This document shows, piece by piece, positions 1-13,538 of a DNA stretch of 64,000 nt (position 1 is its first letter; the number at the start of each line of letters is the position of its first letter). The DNA comes from Candidatus Eiseniibacteriota bacterium (GTDB taxonomy: Bacteria; Eisenbacteria; RBG-16-71-46). Where the stretch lies: assembly GCA_963717505.1 (NCBI GenBank), contig OY970342.1:2656001-2720000 (forward strand), written 5' to 3'. The notes beneath the pieces were generated by a model. It made no database searches. It saw only the letters and a program-made list of their open reading frames with translations, and was not told the origin of the DNA. Both the position numbers and the translations under genes were made by a program.

Positions 1-2
1 GG

Positions 3-647
3 GTGGTGATGGACACCGCGATGCGCGAGGTCGCGCGCAGCCGCCGCAGCCTGTCGCCTTCGGCGTGCGATCCGGACGCCCGGCGCGTGGCCGACTTCGC
101 CACCGAGCTGCCGGCCGGCCAGTACACCGTTGGGCTCTCCGTCGGGGATCGCGAGGGAGGGCGCGGGATCTACCGTTCGGACGCCGTGCTGTGGCCGGCG
201 CGTCCGCTGATCGCGCTCAGCGACCTGGTGGTCTCGTGCGGCGTGCCGTTCATCGAGCCTTCGGGATCGGGCTACGCGGTGCGGCCGGAACTCAATCATG
301 GCGGGCGCGTGGGTCCGAAGGACCGGCTCACCGCTTACTTCGAGATCTACCATCTGCGTGCCGGCGACGACGGCCTCGCGCGCTTCGAGTACGTGTACAC
401 CGTGGCTTCGGCCGAGAAGGACGAGCGCATCTGGATCAAACGCATGTTCGCGCCGCGCCGCGATCCCGATCCGATCGTCACCAGCCGCGAGGAGCAGCAG
501 CTGGGTCCGTTGCGCCGTCAGTTCGTGAGCGTGCCGATCGAGTCGTTGCCCGCGGGCCGCTACACCCTCGAAGTCCGAGTGCGGGACCTGGTCGCCCAGG
601 CCGAAGCGGTGACGCGCACGCGTTTCGTCAAGACCGACGTCAACTGA
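3..647 (+). CDS. C-terminal part of a GWxTD-domain-type protein (5' truncated by window edge)
   Basis: Open frame from the window start. C-terminal Ig-like segment (AYFEIYHL...[14 protein letters not shown]) resembles GWxTD-family proteins; the GWxTD motif itself is not in the window. Confidence 0.55.
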   Translation: MVMDTAMREVARSRRSLSPSACDPDARRVADFATELPAGQYTVGLSVGDREGGRGIYRSDAVLWPARPLIALSDLVVSCGVPFIEPSGSGYAVRPELNHGGRVGPKDRLTAYFEIYHLRAGDDGLARFEYVYTVASAEKDERIWIKRMFAPRRDPDPIVTSREEQQLGPLRRQFVSVPIESLPAGRYTLEVRVRDLVAQAEAVTRTRFVKTDVN

Positions 648-1505
648 TCGGCGGCCCGAACGAGCCGGTCCACTCGAGCATCGCGGGGTGGATGCGGCCG
701 TTGCTCGCGACGATGCGCCGGCCGAACAGGTCGAGGTCGTTCCCCGCGAAGTCGGTGACGCGCCCTCCGGCCTCGCGGACGATCAAGGCCCCGGCGGCCA
801 TGTCCCACGCGTTCAGGTGGGCCTCCCAGAAGCCGTCGAATCGACCGCACGCGAGGTAGCAGAGGTTGAGCGCCGCCGAGCCGTCGCGGCGCACGCCCTG
901 GGCGCGGACCAGGAACGCCTGGAACAGCGGCAAGATGGTTTCCGGATGTTCGCGCACCGAGTAGGGAAAACCGGTGACGAGCAGCGCGTCCTCGAGTCGA
1001 GCGATCCCCGAGACCGAGATCATCGCGCCGTTCAGCGTGGCGCCGGTGTCGAGCGCGGCCGCGAACATCTCGTCGCGCATCGGGTCGTAGACCGCGCCCG
1101 CGACCACGGCGCCGTCGCGCTCGGCGGCGACCGAGACGCAGAAGAAGGGATAGTTGTGGGCGAAGTTGGTGGTGCCGTCGAGCGGATCCAGGATCCAGCG
1201 GACGCCGCCGGGCGCCGCGTCCCCGGTCGCTTGCTCGGGACCGACGGCGTCGTGCGCACCCGACTCCTCGGCGAGCACCCGTGCCCGGGGAACCGCTCGC
1301 GAATGCGTTCGAGCAGGAGCGCTTCGGAGCGACGGTCGTACACGGTCACCAGATCGATCCGACCCTTGCGCTCCGGCGCATGCACGCGGCCATAACCCTC
1401 GAGCAGGATCGACGCCGGCCTCACGCGCAAAGCCGATCGCCGCGTCGCGCAACGCCGCGGGCGAGGGCGTTGTCGAATCGGAGTTCGGCGCGCGGCCCGC
1501 CGGGG

Positions 1506-1509
<4 letters not shown>
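640..1509 (-). CDS. suhB: Inositol monophosphatase family protein (frameshifted in this assembly)
   Basis: Motifs DLVTx[36 protein letters not shown] and WDMAAG. ATG at 1509 overlaps the upstream TGA (ATGA). Indels near 1280-1420. Confidence 0.9.
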
Positions 1510-4590
<3,081 letters not shown>

Positions 4591-4725
4591 GGGTGCGCGC
4601 CTCCTTGCGTGCCGGGTGCCAGCGAATTCGGACGCTAGCACGGTCGTCCATGGCCCCCAAGTCCGTGAAGCGAACACCCGTCGCCGTGGTGGGTTTGCCG
4701 CGGTCACGCGGGCTCCCTAGACTGC

Positions 4726-6408
4726 GTGGCCCCCCATGAACCGAGTCTCGATCGGATTCCCGTGCACCGCTCCTGCGCGATCCGCGCGTCCGCGCGCGTC
4801 GACGTGACGCAGGCGACGCGTCGTTGGCTGCTTGCGGCAGGGCTCGCGCTCGCCGCGGCCGGGTGCGGTCCCAAGAGGCCCGAGGCGACGACTGCGATCT
4901 GGCTGTTCGGGTCGGTGGCGCCGCGTTTCGACCCGACCGGGGCGCCGGAGTTTCGCCGATGGGCGATCGAGCGCCTACTGACCCGCGGTCTGGTCGAGGA
5001 AGACAGCGCCGGCCGGGTGGTGCCGGTCGCCGCGCAGGCGATCGAAGTCTCGCCCGACAGCCTGACCTACACGTTTCATCTGAGGCCCGGGCTGTGCTTC
5101 ACCGACGGCGCCGAGTGTCGAAGCCGAGACTTCGTCCGTTCGATGACCCAAGGCCTCGAACGCCGCGATCACCAGACCTGGGCCTGGGCGCTGGCCGCGG
5201 TCCAGGGCATGGACCGTTTCCGCGCCGGTCGTTCGCTGCCCGAGTTGGGCCTCGCCACACCGGACGACAACACTCTGGTGATCCGTCTCGCGCGGCGCGA
5301 CCGAACATTGCTCGCGCGTCTTGCCGTCCCGGGCGTCACCTGGGCGTGGAGTCACGCGAACGGTCGTGAGTGGACGGCGGCTCACGGTCTCGGACCCTAT
5401 CGCGTGCTGGATGCGGAATCCGGCCGGCGCTTGCGCCTGGTTCGCGCATCGGGGGTCGGCCGCGGCGTGAAGAAGTCCGCTCGAAGCTCGGAAGTCGAGA
5501 CCACCTGGACGACGCGATTCCTCGCGGGGGCTGGTACGCTGGCCGACACGCTGGTGCTGCGTTTCGCACCGTCCGCCGCGCGCGCCCGCTCGCTCATTCG
5601 CGACTCCTACGCGGATTGGGTTTGGCCGCTGCCTCCCGGGCTCGCGAACGAGACGCTGCCCGCGAGCTACCGCCTACGGACCGAACCCGCTGTACCTCGC
5701 CGATCGCTCGAGCTGGTCCTGCGCGCGGACGTGCCGCCGACCACGCGACGCGAAGCCCGTCGCGCCCTGTCGCATGGATTGTCCCGCGGCGAGATCGTGC
5801 GACTCCTGGGGCCGGGAGCCGATCGAAGATTGGGTTGGGTGATCGGGGGAGGCCCGGCCGTGTTTCCCGCGCTCGATCGCGTGCAAGCCCAGGAGTGGAT
5901 GGACCGCGGCAAGTTCACTCGATCGTTCCGGGTGACCATGGCCTACCGGAGCGACGGCCCCGGGGTCGCGGTCGCACGGGCAATGCAGGAGGAGTGGGCC
6001 CAGAGCTCGATCTACGTCGAGCCACGCCCCATGTCGGCTGCGAGGTTCGAAGACGAAGCGCTGACTGGACGTGCCCAGCTCGTGCTGGTCGAGCACCAAC
6101 CGTTGCTGGGGGAGACCGAGGCCGAATTGGCCCAACTGGTGATGCCGGCTCAGGGCCCGGCGGTTGGCGCCTTCCGAACCGGCTGGCGAACGCGCGACTT
6201 CGATCGCGCGCTCGATTCCGAGGCCGGGATCCAGATCGATGCTCTCGAACGGCGGCTGGCCGAGGAGATGGTGGTCCTGCCGCTGGCCCGGCTCGACTGG
6301 ACCTGGGCCGAGCGGGCTTCCGGGCCGAAAATGACTGTCCATCCTCGTTTTGGACCGTCGTGCGTCCTGCCCAAGACGCCCACGGCCAGGGCGGACTCGA
6401 AGCCCTGA
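4726..6408 (+). CDS. Family-5 (OppA/DppA-like) solute-binding lipoprotein, divergent
   Basis: Lipobox LAAAGC and SBP_bac_5 N-terminal pattern GLVEED...SPDSLTYTFHLRPGLCFTDG. True start may lie somewhat downstream. Confidence 0.7.
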   Translation: MAPHEPSLDRIPVHRSCAIRASARVDVTQATRRWLLAAGLALAAAGCGPKRPEATTAIWLFGSVAPRFDPTGAPEFRRWAIERLLTRGLVEEDSAGRVVPVAAQAIEVSPDSLTYTFHLRPGLCFTDGAECRSRDFVRSMTQGLERRDHQTWAWALAAVQGMDRFRAGRSLPELGLATPDDNTLVIRLARRDRTLLARLAVPGVTWAWSHANGREWTAAHGLGPYRVLDAESGRRLRLVRASGVGRGVKKSARSSEVETTWTTRFLAGAGTLADTLVLRFAPSAARARSLIRDSYADWVWPLPPGLANETLPASYRLRTEPAVPRRSLELVLRADVPPTTRREARRALSHGLSRGEIVRLLGPGADRRLGWVIGGGPAVFPALDRVQAQEWMDRGKFTRSFRVTMAYRSDGPGVAVARAMQEEWAQSSIYVEPRPMSAARFEDEALTGRAQLVLVEHQPLLGETEAELAQLVMPAQGPAVGAFRTGWRTRDFDRALDSEAGIQIDALERRLAEEMVVLPLARLDWTWAERASGPKMTVHPRFGPSCVLPKTPTARADSKP

Positions 6409-6461
6409 GCGGCGGTCGGCCGGGAACGGCGCGGGCCACCGCACGGGGTTCGCTTCAGTCG

Positions 6462-6490
6462 TTGACCGACCGGCGCGCCTGACCTAAAGT
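6462..6490 (+). promoter_or_regulatory. sigma70-type promoter upstream of the C25 protease
   Basis: TTGACC-N17-TAAAGT in the intergenic region. Confidence 0.55.
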
Positions 6491-6628
6491 TAACGCTGCT
6501 CGACCCCTTCCGGGCCCTGTCGACAACCCTAGAGAACACGCAGCGATTCGAACGGCCCTGCGCACCTGCGCTTACCGCCTCGATCCCCCTGCGCCATCCA
6601 CGCTGCCCTCGAGAATGAGGTCCCTCCC

Positions 6629-9600
6629 ATGACTCGATGCATCGCGGCCGCGCCGTTTTTGTTGCTGGCTGTGCTTTCGGTGCTGCCTACGCCGTCCCTG
6701 GCCGCCTCCGGCTCGACGCTCGAGCGGGAGTTCCGATTTGCTGGTGACGCCGTCACGTTGGCGTCAGTCCAAGGTCGCACCGAGGTCGTGGTCCGTGGCG
6801 CCATGCCCACGTTCGAGACCGGACAGCCCGATCTGCCCTGGACCGGAGAGATGGTCGAGCTGCCGGACGGCGCCCGGGTCACCGGAATCGAGGTTCTCGA
6901 GATCGAAACCGAGCCGCTGGGCGAAGGCGTGCGGCTGCCGAGTGCGCAGCGGGTGACGCCGGGGCTCGGCCCCACCGAACGAACGCCTGAAGATCCGGTC
7001 GCGTTTTCGCGTCCGGGCTTCCAACCCGATTCGCCGGTCCAGCTCGGCGTCCAGGGATTCCAGCAAGGCAAGAGCATGGCGTCGCTCCGCATTTGCCCGG
7101 TTCGCTGGGATGCCGCTTCCGGCCGGCTCGAGCGTGTGAACCGGATTCGCGTCCGACTGATTCTCGGAACGGCGGACGGCGTACCGCTGCGCCGCCAGCG
7201 CGATGCCGGCGACAACCTCGGTGCTGCTCGGCGCGCGGTCGCGGCCGCCGCCCAGTCGGTCAGTCCCGATCCGCGCGGCTTCCAGCCGACACTGCTGCCG
7301 TCGGTGCTCGGGAGCCCGGTCGAATACTTGATCATCACCGACGACGCCCTCGCGCCCGAATTCCAGCGCCTGGCGGACTGGAAGACCCAAAAAGGCAGTC
7401 CCGCCGTCGTGCGCACGATAAGCCTGCTCAAGCAGGAATACCCGCACGGCGCCGACGACTCCGATCGCATTCGCCAGTTCATCCGCGACGCCTACGTGCG
7501 CTGGGGCACCAAGTGGGTGCTGCTCGGCGGCGACGTGCACATCGTTCCGACGCGTTTCGCGCGCACGGTGTTCTACGGCAACGAGAACATTCCCTGCGAC
7601 ATGTACTTCTCGTGTCTCGACGGCAACTGGAATGCCGACGGCGACAGCCTGTTTGGCGAGGGTTACGCGAGCCCGGAGGACCTCGGGGACAACGTCGACC
7701 TGTTGCCCGAGGTGTACGTCGGCCGGGCCACGGTGGCCTCGCTCGAAGAAGCCGCGCTGTTCGTGAACAAGACCCTGCAATACGAAAAGACCCCGGTCGG
7801 TGACTACGAGAACACGGTGCTGTTCTTCGCCGAGGTCCTGTTCCCGCAGAACTGGACGCCGGGTCAGCTCATCACCATGGATGGCGCGCAACTGGCGGAA
7901 GAGTGCCTGCCCTCGCTGCGCGATCACGAGGGCATCCGCTACGTGCGGCTGTACGAGAACAACACCGACCCGCTCTACGAGCCCGGCGCCTACCCGGAGA
8001 CCAAGCAGGCGGTGATCGATTCGCTCGACCGTGGCTACAACGTGGCCGTGCACATCGGGCACGGCTATCGCAACGTGATGGCGGTCGGCCACGGCGAGAA
8101 CCTGGACAACGGCAACGCGCTGGCGCTGACCAACGGCAATCGCCTGTTCAATCTGTACGCGACCAACTGCACCTCGAACGCGATCGACTTCCCGTGCATC
8201 GGCGAAGCGTTCCTGCTGGCGCCGAATGGCGGCGCGGTCACCAACGTCGGTTCGACGCGGCTCGACTTCCCCTCGGCCGGCCGTGCGTATCAGAAGGAGT
8301 ACTTCCGACTGGTGTACGAGGACAGCATCACGGCGGTCGGCGAGGCCCAGGCCAAGCAGAAGCTGCCGTTCGTGGTCTACTCCAACACCGACAACGTGAA
8401 TCGATGGACCCAGTTCACGCTGCTCCTGCTCGGCGATCCGGAGCTGCGGATCTTCACGGCCCTGCCGCGGACGTTGGACGTGCTCCACCCCGGCTCCACG
8501 TTCCTCGGTGACTCGATCCTCGCGATCACCGTCCAGTCGGGCGGCGATCCGGTGGCCGGCGCCACGGTCGTCGCCTACAAGGCCGGCGACGAGTATCGGC
8601 GCGGCACCACCAACGCGTCCGGTGTGTGCAACCTGTTGTTCCGCCCCGACTCGGTCGGCAGCGTGACCCTGACTGTGACCGCGTACGACGCACGGCCCTA
8701 TCAGGCGACGATCGCGATCAGTCCTTCGTTCCAACCGGTGATGGCGGAGCGACTGCCGGTGCTCGACGACGATTCGGTCGGCGGCACCATCGGCAACGCC
8801 GACGGCAAGTTGGACGCCGGCGAGACCGTCGGCATCGTGATGCAGGTCAAGAACGCCGGCTGGGCCACGGGCTCGGGAATCACCGGCACCCTTTCGACCA
8901 CCGAGCCGTCGGTCAGCATTCTGCAGTCGACCGTTTCCTATGGAACGATCGCGTCCGGCGCGACCACCAACGTTTCCAGCGCCTACCGCATCTCGATTCC
9001 GTCGACGTTCGCCGACGAACGCGAGATTCGCTTCAAGCTGCTGTTCGCCGACGGCTCGGGCCGGCGGTGGGACGAAGGCTTCTCGCTGGTCAGCCATGCG
9101 CGCGTGCTGCGACATCTGTCGCACACCGTGCTGGACCCGTCCGGGAACGGCAACGGCATCGCCGAAGCCGGGGAGACGGTGGATTTCATCGTCCGCCTGC
9201 TCAATTCGGGCACGGGTGGTGCTGCTGCGGTATCGGCGACCCTGCGGTCCGAAGATGGGCTCGCGAGCGTGACCGACAGCACGGCGTCCTGGGGGAGCAT
9301 CACTCCCGGCCAGGAGAAAAACGGCGACGCCTTCGTGTTCCACATGACCAGCGGGGGCGCCAAATTCCGGCTTCGAGTCACCGACGCCGCGGGTCAGGTG
9401 TTCAATCAAGTCCTCGACCTGGTGCCCCCGGCCGCCCCCTTGTCGGCCGGAGGCTCGGGATCCGCGACCAGCATCACGCTCTACTGGTCCAAGTCGCCCG
9501 AGCCCGATCTGCAGGGCTACCACATCGACCGCTCGAGCAACGTGGGCGGCCCGTTCTCGCGGCTGACCTCGATTCCGACCGAGCGCATCGCCTACTACGT

Positions 9601-11392
9601 CGACGAGGGCCTGGCGACCCTGACCCGTTACTACTACCGGGTGACCGCCGTGGATTCCTCGGGGAATGCCTCGCCAGCTTCAGCGGTGTTCGCGGTGAGC
9701 ACGAATCCTCCGACCCACGCCTTCTTCCCGATTCCGATCCCGACCGCCTCGGCTTCGTCGGTCGCGATCGAGCACATTTGGTCCGGCTACCCGCTCAGCA
9801 TCGTGGCCGGCACCGGACGGAGCGAGATGGGCTCGGGCAGCGTGCTGTTCGGCTGGAACCCTGACGGATCGGCGCCGATCGATGCCGACGGTTCGATCGC
9901 GACCAGCGGGGACCTGACCGATCGCGGCCTGACCTACACCGCGCCGCCGTCGGTCGGCGACCTCGACGACAACGGTGAAGTCGAGATGGTGGCTTCTTCG
10001 TGGGACTCGATGCTGACCTTCGTGTTCCAACGGGACGGCAGCGTGCGACCGGGTTGGCCGGTGACCACCGACACACCGGTGTGGTCGTCCGCGGCGCTCG
10101 GGGATCTCGATGGCGACGGCGACTTCGAGGTCGTGTTCGGATCGAACGGCCAGAACATCTACGCGTTCAACCACAACGGCACCGAAGTGCGCGACGGCGA
10201 CGCCAATCCCGCGACGGTCGGCGTATGGCGGCGGGCGGACACCGGATTCAACTACGGCACGCCTTCGCTCGCCGATCTCGATGGCGACGGCAAGGCCGAG
10301 GTCATCATCGGTTCCTCGAACGGCTGGATCTACGCCCAACGTTGGAATGGCACCCCGGCCCCCGGCTGGAACCAGTACCGCGGCGGCGCCGGCGTGCACA
10401 TCTACGGCTCGCTCGCGGTCGGCTATCTGGACGGACCGTCCGACACCGAGCTCGACATCGTCGTGCCGATCCAGCGTGACAACAAGATGGATTCGCTGCT
10501 GGTCCTCCGCGCGAACGGGCAGAACCGCCCCGGCTGGCCGCAAAAGGCCGAGATCGGCGGCGGCTCGCTGCCACCGTCACCCGCGCTCGCCGACATGAAC
10601 AACGATGGCTTCCTCGACATCGTCCATGCCGGGACCGACGGCTTGATCTACGCGTTCAACCGGAACGGAACGCCGATCCTGCCGCTGCACGGCACGCGCT
10701 TCAGCTCGCTGACTCGGACCTCGACCACGTTCTCGACCGAGGCGAGTCCGGTGATCGCCGACATCAACGGCGATGGGCTGAACGACATCGTGATCGGCGA
10801 CGAGTTGGGCTTCCTGACCGCGGTCAGCGCGGACGGCACGATCTTGGCGGGATTCCCGATCCAGCTCGGCGGCGAGATCAAAGCCACCGCGGGCTTGTGC
10901 GACTGCGATGCCGACGGCATGACCGAGATCGTGGTGCCGGGATTGGACGAGATGGTCTACATGTGGGACTACGACTTCCCGTTCTCGCCGGCGGGCAAGC
11001 CGCCGTGGCCGCAGTTCCACCACGACGCGCGGCGCACGGGGTTGGTGACGACGCCGCAGTGGACCGGAGTCGAGGATCCGCCGCCGCCGTCGCCGTCTCC
11101 GGTTCGCACCCTCGAGTTCGCGCCGCCGTCGCCGAACCCGGCGCCGTACGACACGCGCATCTCGTGGGCGGTGCCGGCTTCCGCGGTCGGGACCGAATAC
11201 TCGATCGACATCTACGACCTGACCGGCCGGCGCGTGCGCGAGCTGGCGCGCGGCCCGGCTGCCGCCGGACGCCACGCGATCCAGTGGAACCTGCGCGACG
11301 ACGACCAGCGTCCGATCGAGAGCGGCGTCTACTTCATTCGCTTCCGCTTGGGACGGGAGGTGCGCTCGCACCGGATCGCCGTGCTGCGCTAA
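6629..11392 (+). CDS. Secreted C25 (gingipain-like) cysteine peptidase with propeptide, Ig/FN3 domains, FG-GAP repeats and FlgD-Ig C-terminal domain
   Basis: Signal peptide; EYLIIT, WVLLGGD and DxxPEVYVGR; catalytic-like HIGHG and ATNCTS; LLGDPEL; repeated DLDGDG/DINGDG FG-GAP motifs; C-terminus YDLTGRRVRELARG...WNLRD...SGVYFIRF. Confidence 0.88.
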   Translation: MTRCIAAAPFLLLAVLSVLPTPSLAASGSTLEREFRFAGDAVTLASVQGRTEVVVRGAMPTFETGQPDLPWTGEMVELPDGARVTGIEVLEIETEPLGEGVRLPSAQRVTPGLGPTERTPEDPVAFSRPGFQPDSPVQLGVQGFQQGKSMASLRICPVRWDAASGRLERVNRIRVRLILGTADGVPLRRQRDAGDNLGAARRAVAAAAQSVSPDPRGFQPTLLPSVLGSPVEYLIITDDALAPEFQRLADWKTQKGSPAVVRTISLLKQEYPHGADDSDRIRQFIRDAYVRWGTKWVLLGGDVHIVPTRFARTVFYGNENIPCDMYFSCLDGNWNADGDSLFGEGYASPEDLGDNVDLLPEVYVGRATVASLEEAALFVNKTLQYEKTPVGDYENTVLFFAEVLFPQNWTPGQLITMDGAQLAEECLPSLRDHEGIRYVRLYENNTDPLYEPGAYPETKQAVIDSLDRGYNVAVHIGHGYRNVMAVGHGENLDNGNALALTNGNRLFNLYATNCTSNAIDFPCIGEAFLLAPNGGAVTNVGSTRLDFPSAGRAYQKEYFRLVYEDSITAVGEAQAKQKLPFVVYSNTDNVNRWTQFTLLLLGDPELRIFTALPRTLDVLHPGSTFLGDSILAITVQSGGDPVAGATVVAYKAGDEYRRGTTNASGVCNLLFRPDSVGSVTLTVTAYDARPYQATIAISPSFQPVMAERLPVLDDDSVGGTIGNADGKLDAGETVGIVMQVKNAGWATGSGITGTLSTTEPSVSILQSTVSYGTIASGATTNVSSAYRISIPSTFADEREIRFKLLFADGSGRRWDEGFSLVSHARVLRHLSHTVLDPSGNGNGIAEAGETVDFIVRLLNSGTGGAAAVSATLRSEDGLASVTDSTASWGSITPGQEKNGDAFVFHMTSGGAKFRLRVTDAAGQVFNQVLDLVPPAAPLSAGGSGSATSITLYWSKSPEPDLQGYHIDRSSNVGGPFSRLTSIPTERIAYYVDEGLATLTRYYYRVTAVDSSGNASPASAVFAVSTNPPTHAFFPIPIPTASASSVAIEHIWSGYPLSIVAGTGRSEMGSGSVLFGWNPDGSAPIDADGSIATSGDLTDRGLTYTAPPSVGDLDDNGEVEMVASSWDSMLTFVFQRDGSVRPGWPVTTDTPVWSSAALGDLDGDGDFEVVFGSNGQNIYAFNHNGTEVRDGDANPATVGVWRRADTGFNYGTPSLADLDGDGKAEVIIGSSNGWIYAQRWNGTPAPGWNQYRGGAGVHIYGSLAVGYLDGPSDTELDIVVPIQRDNKMDSLLVLRANGQNRPGWPQKAEIGGGSLPPSPALADMNNDGFLDIVHAGTDGLIYAFNRNGTPILPLHGTRFSSLTRTSTTFSTEASPVIADINGDGLNDIVIGDELGFLTAVSADGTILAGFPIQLGGEIKATAGLCDCDADGMTEIVVPGLDEMVYMWDYDFPFSPAGKPPWPQFHHDARRTGLVTTPQWTGVEDPPPPSPSPVRTLEFAPPSPNPAPYDTRISWAVPASAVGTEYSIDIYDLTGRRVRELARGPAAAGRHAIQWNLRDDDQRPIESGVYFIRFRLGREVRSHRIAVLR

Positions 11393-11403
11393 TCTCGCGC
11401 GGC

Positions 11404-12884
11404 ATGAGCGTTCGCGTCCGCTTCGCTCCGAGTCCGACCGGCTACCTGCACGTCGGCGGCGCGCGCACCGCCTGTACAACTAGCTGTTCGCGCGCGGCCA
11501 GGGCGGCATGTTCGTCCTGCGCATCGAGGACACCGACGCGGCGCGCTCGACCGACGAGTCGGTCGCCGCGATCCTCGACAGCATGCGCTGGCTCGGGCTC
11601 ACCTGGGACGAGGGCCCCGACGTCGGCGGGCCGCATGGCCCCTACTTCCAGTCGCAGCGACGGGCGCTCTATCGGCAGCACGCCGACCAGCTGGTGGCGG
11701 CGGGTCGCGCTTATCCCTGCTACTGCACGCCCGAAGAGCTGGAAGCGCGTCGAACCGCGCAGCTCGCGCGCGGCGAGGCGCCGCGCTACGACGGTCGCTG
11801 CCGCGCGCGCGAGCGCCGGCGGAGCGCGCCGCGCGCGCCGCCGAGGGGCGGCCGGCCGCGCTTCGCTTCGCGCTCGAGGCGACGGGCGAGACCGCGTGGG
11901 AGGACATCGATCCGCGGCCGGGTCGCGTTCCAGAACGAAGTGCTCGACGACTTCGTGCTGCTGCGCTCCGACGGCCTGCCGACCTACAACTTCGCCTGCG
12001 TCGTCGACGACCACGACGATGGAGATCACCCACGTGGTCCGTGGCGACGACCACATCTCGAACACGCCGCGCCAGCTGCTGCTGTATCGCGGCCTTCGGC
12101 TGGAGCCGCCCGTTGTTCGCGCACGTGCCGATGATCCTCGGCGCCGACGGCACGCGGCTCTCCAAGCGCCACGGCGCCACCTCGGTCGCCTCGTTCGCGC
12201 GAGCTGGGCTACCTGCCCGAGGCACTCGACAACTTCCTGGCGCTGCTCGGCTGGTCGTACGACGGCACGACCGAGCTGTTCTCGCTCGCCGAGCTGGCGC
12301 AGAAGTTTCGGCTCGAGCGGGTCGGATCGAACCCGGCGGTGTTCAACCCGAGAAGCTCGAGTGGATGAACGGCCAGCACCTGAAGCGGCTGCCCGAGGAC
12401 GAGCGCGTGCGGCTCGTCGACCGAACACCTGACGGCGCGCGGCTACGACCTGGCGGGCACGCGACTCCGGAATGGATCGCGACGCTGGTGCGCGCGATCG
12501 GCGATCGGCTCAAGACGCTCGAGGACGCCGAGCGCTACGGCACTTTCGCGCTGCAGGAGCCGCTCGAGATCGACGAGACGGCATGGGCGGTAGTGCGCGA
12601 GAAGCCGCAGGTCGCGGAGCGGCTCGAGGCGCTGGCGGAGCAGGTGGAAGCCGATCGCGAGTTCTCCCTCGCGAGCCTCGAGCGCGAGACGCGTTCGCTC
12701 GCGACCGCAGCTCGGAATCAAGGCCGGCGAGCTGATCGGCATCGCGCGGGTCGCGCTGACCGGCCGCAAGGTGAGCCCCGGGATCTTCGAGGTGATGTGG
12801 CTGTTGGGAAGGGAACGCGCCGTCCGGCGTTTGCGGGAAGCCGCGTCACGCTGGCGGCAGGAGTCTCCGCTCGCGAGCGTGTAA
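11404..12884 (+). CDS. gltX: Glutamate--tRNA ligase (frameshifted in this assembly)
   Basis: [69 protein letters not shown] and [11 protein letters not shown] at 12882-12884. Confidence 0.93.
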
Positions 12885-12987
12885 CGGGGGAGGGCGGTTC
12901 GGCCGTTCGGCCCGTATCCGCGGTTCCGGACCGCATCGTCCTTGCTCGAATCGCGGCGCCGCTGGTAGCGTGGCGCGCCGTTTTCGC

Positions 12988-13061
12988 TGCCCGGTGGTGT
13001 AACGGTAGCACGACTGGCTCTGGACCAGTTAGTCGAGGTTCGAATCCTTGCCGGGCAGCCA
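12988..13061 (+). tRNA. tRNA-Gln(CTG)
   Basis: Acceptor stem TGCCCGG/CCGGGCA, anticodon arm ACTGG-CTCTGGA-CCAGT, GTTCGAATC T-loop and encoded CCA. Confidence 0.95.
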
Positions 13062-13096
13062 CTCCACGAAGTCTCGCGCATCGAAACGCGCGAAAC

Positions 13097-13125
13097 TTGA
13101 CCGTCGGCGCAGCGTTTTCTAGATT
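13097..13125 (+). promoter_or_regulatory. sigma70-type promoter of tRNA-Glu
   Basis: TTGACC-N17-TAGATT followed by a GC-rich discriminator-like sequence. Confidence 0.6.
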
Positions 13126-13161
13126 CGCCGGCCTTCGGCGCGACCGCTGGGTCGCGCACGT

Positions 13162-13270
13162 GGCGCTATCGTCTAGGGGTCTAGGACAGGTGGTTCTCAG
13201 CCATCAGACCGGGGTTCGAATCCCCGTTCTCAGCCATCAGACCGGGGTTCGAATCCCCGTAGCGCTACCA
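13162..13270 (+). tRNA. tRNA-Glu(CTC) containing a 33-bp internal tandem duplication
   Basis: GGCGCTA...TAGCGCT-ACCA acceptor and anticodon arm GGTGG-TTCTCAG-CCATC. The segment from anticodon loop to T-arm occurs twice. Confidence 0.88.
13194..13259 (+). repeat. Perfect 2x33-bp tandem repeat TTCTCAGCCATCAGACCGGGGTTCGAATCCCCG
   Basis: 13194-13226 is identical to 13227-13259. Confidence 0.95.
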
Positions 13271-13538
13271 ACGTTGCAACGATTTGCTGCGCTGTAAACG
13301 CCTCCGGCGCCCCTCAACACGGTCTCAATGACGCCCAGCCGGTTCCGGGTGCGTCTGCTATGGGAGCGACCCTCCGCTTCAGACCGCAAGGCCCTTCACT
13401 TGCGCTCGAGCGAGCCGGACGTGGTGCGCTTCCCGGGGTGGAGACCTGCAGGAATGACTTCTCGACCGGGCAAGTCTAGACTTCGTCATCGATGCAAGGG
13501 GACGAGTTTTTTCAAGACCTTACCGATGGAGGAGCACG

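Noticed and set aside
6764-9523. Long antisense or alternate-frame ORFs (e.g. 6764-9523, 22488-25007, 35469-38189)
   Set aside because: Shadow ORFs expected from high GC3 codon bias over well-supported genes.
11481-11483. In-frame TAG in gltX (LYN*LF) and near 3205 in the helicase as amber recoding
   Set aside because: Both sit in error-rich stretches, and TAG is the normal stop for many genes in this window.
11404-12884. gltX, mre genes, rodA, lgt and gdh as true pseudogenes or programmed frameshifts
   Set aside because: These are mostly essential genes with intact motifs and many scattered indels without evident slippery sites; assembly error is far more likely.
11404-13270. gltX next to tRNA-Gln and tRNA-Glu as a novelty
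   Set aside because: A common arrangement. It fits a non-discriminating GluRS, but the sequence here is not decisive.
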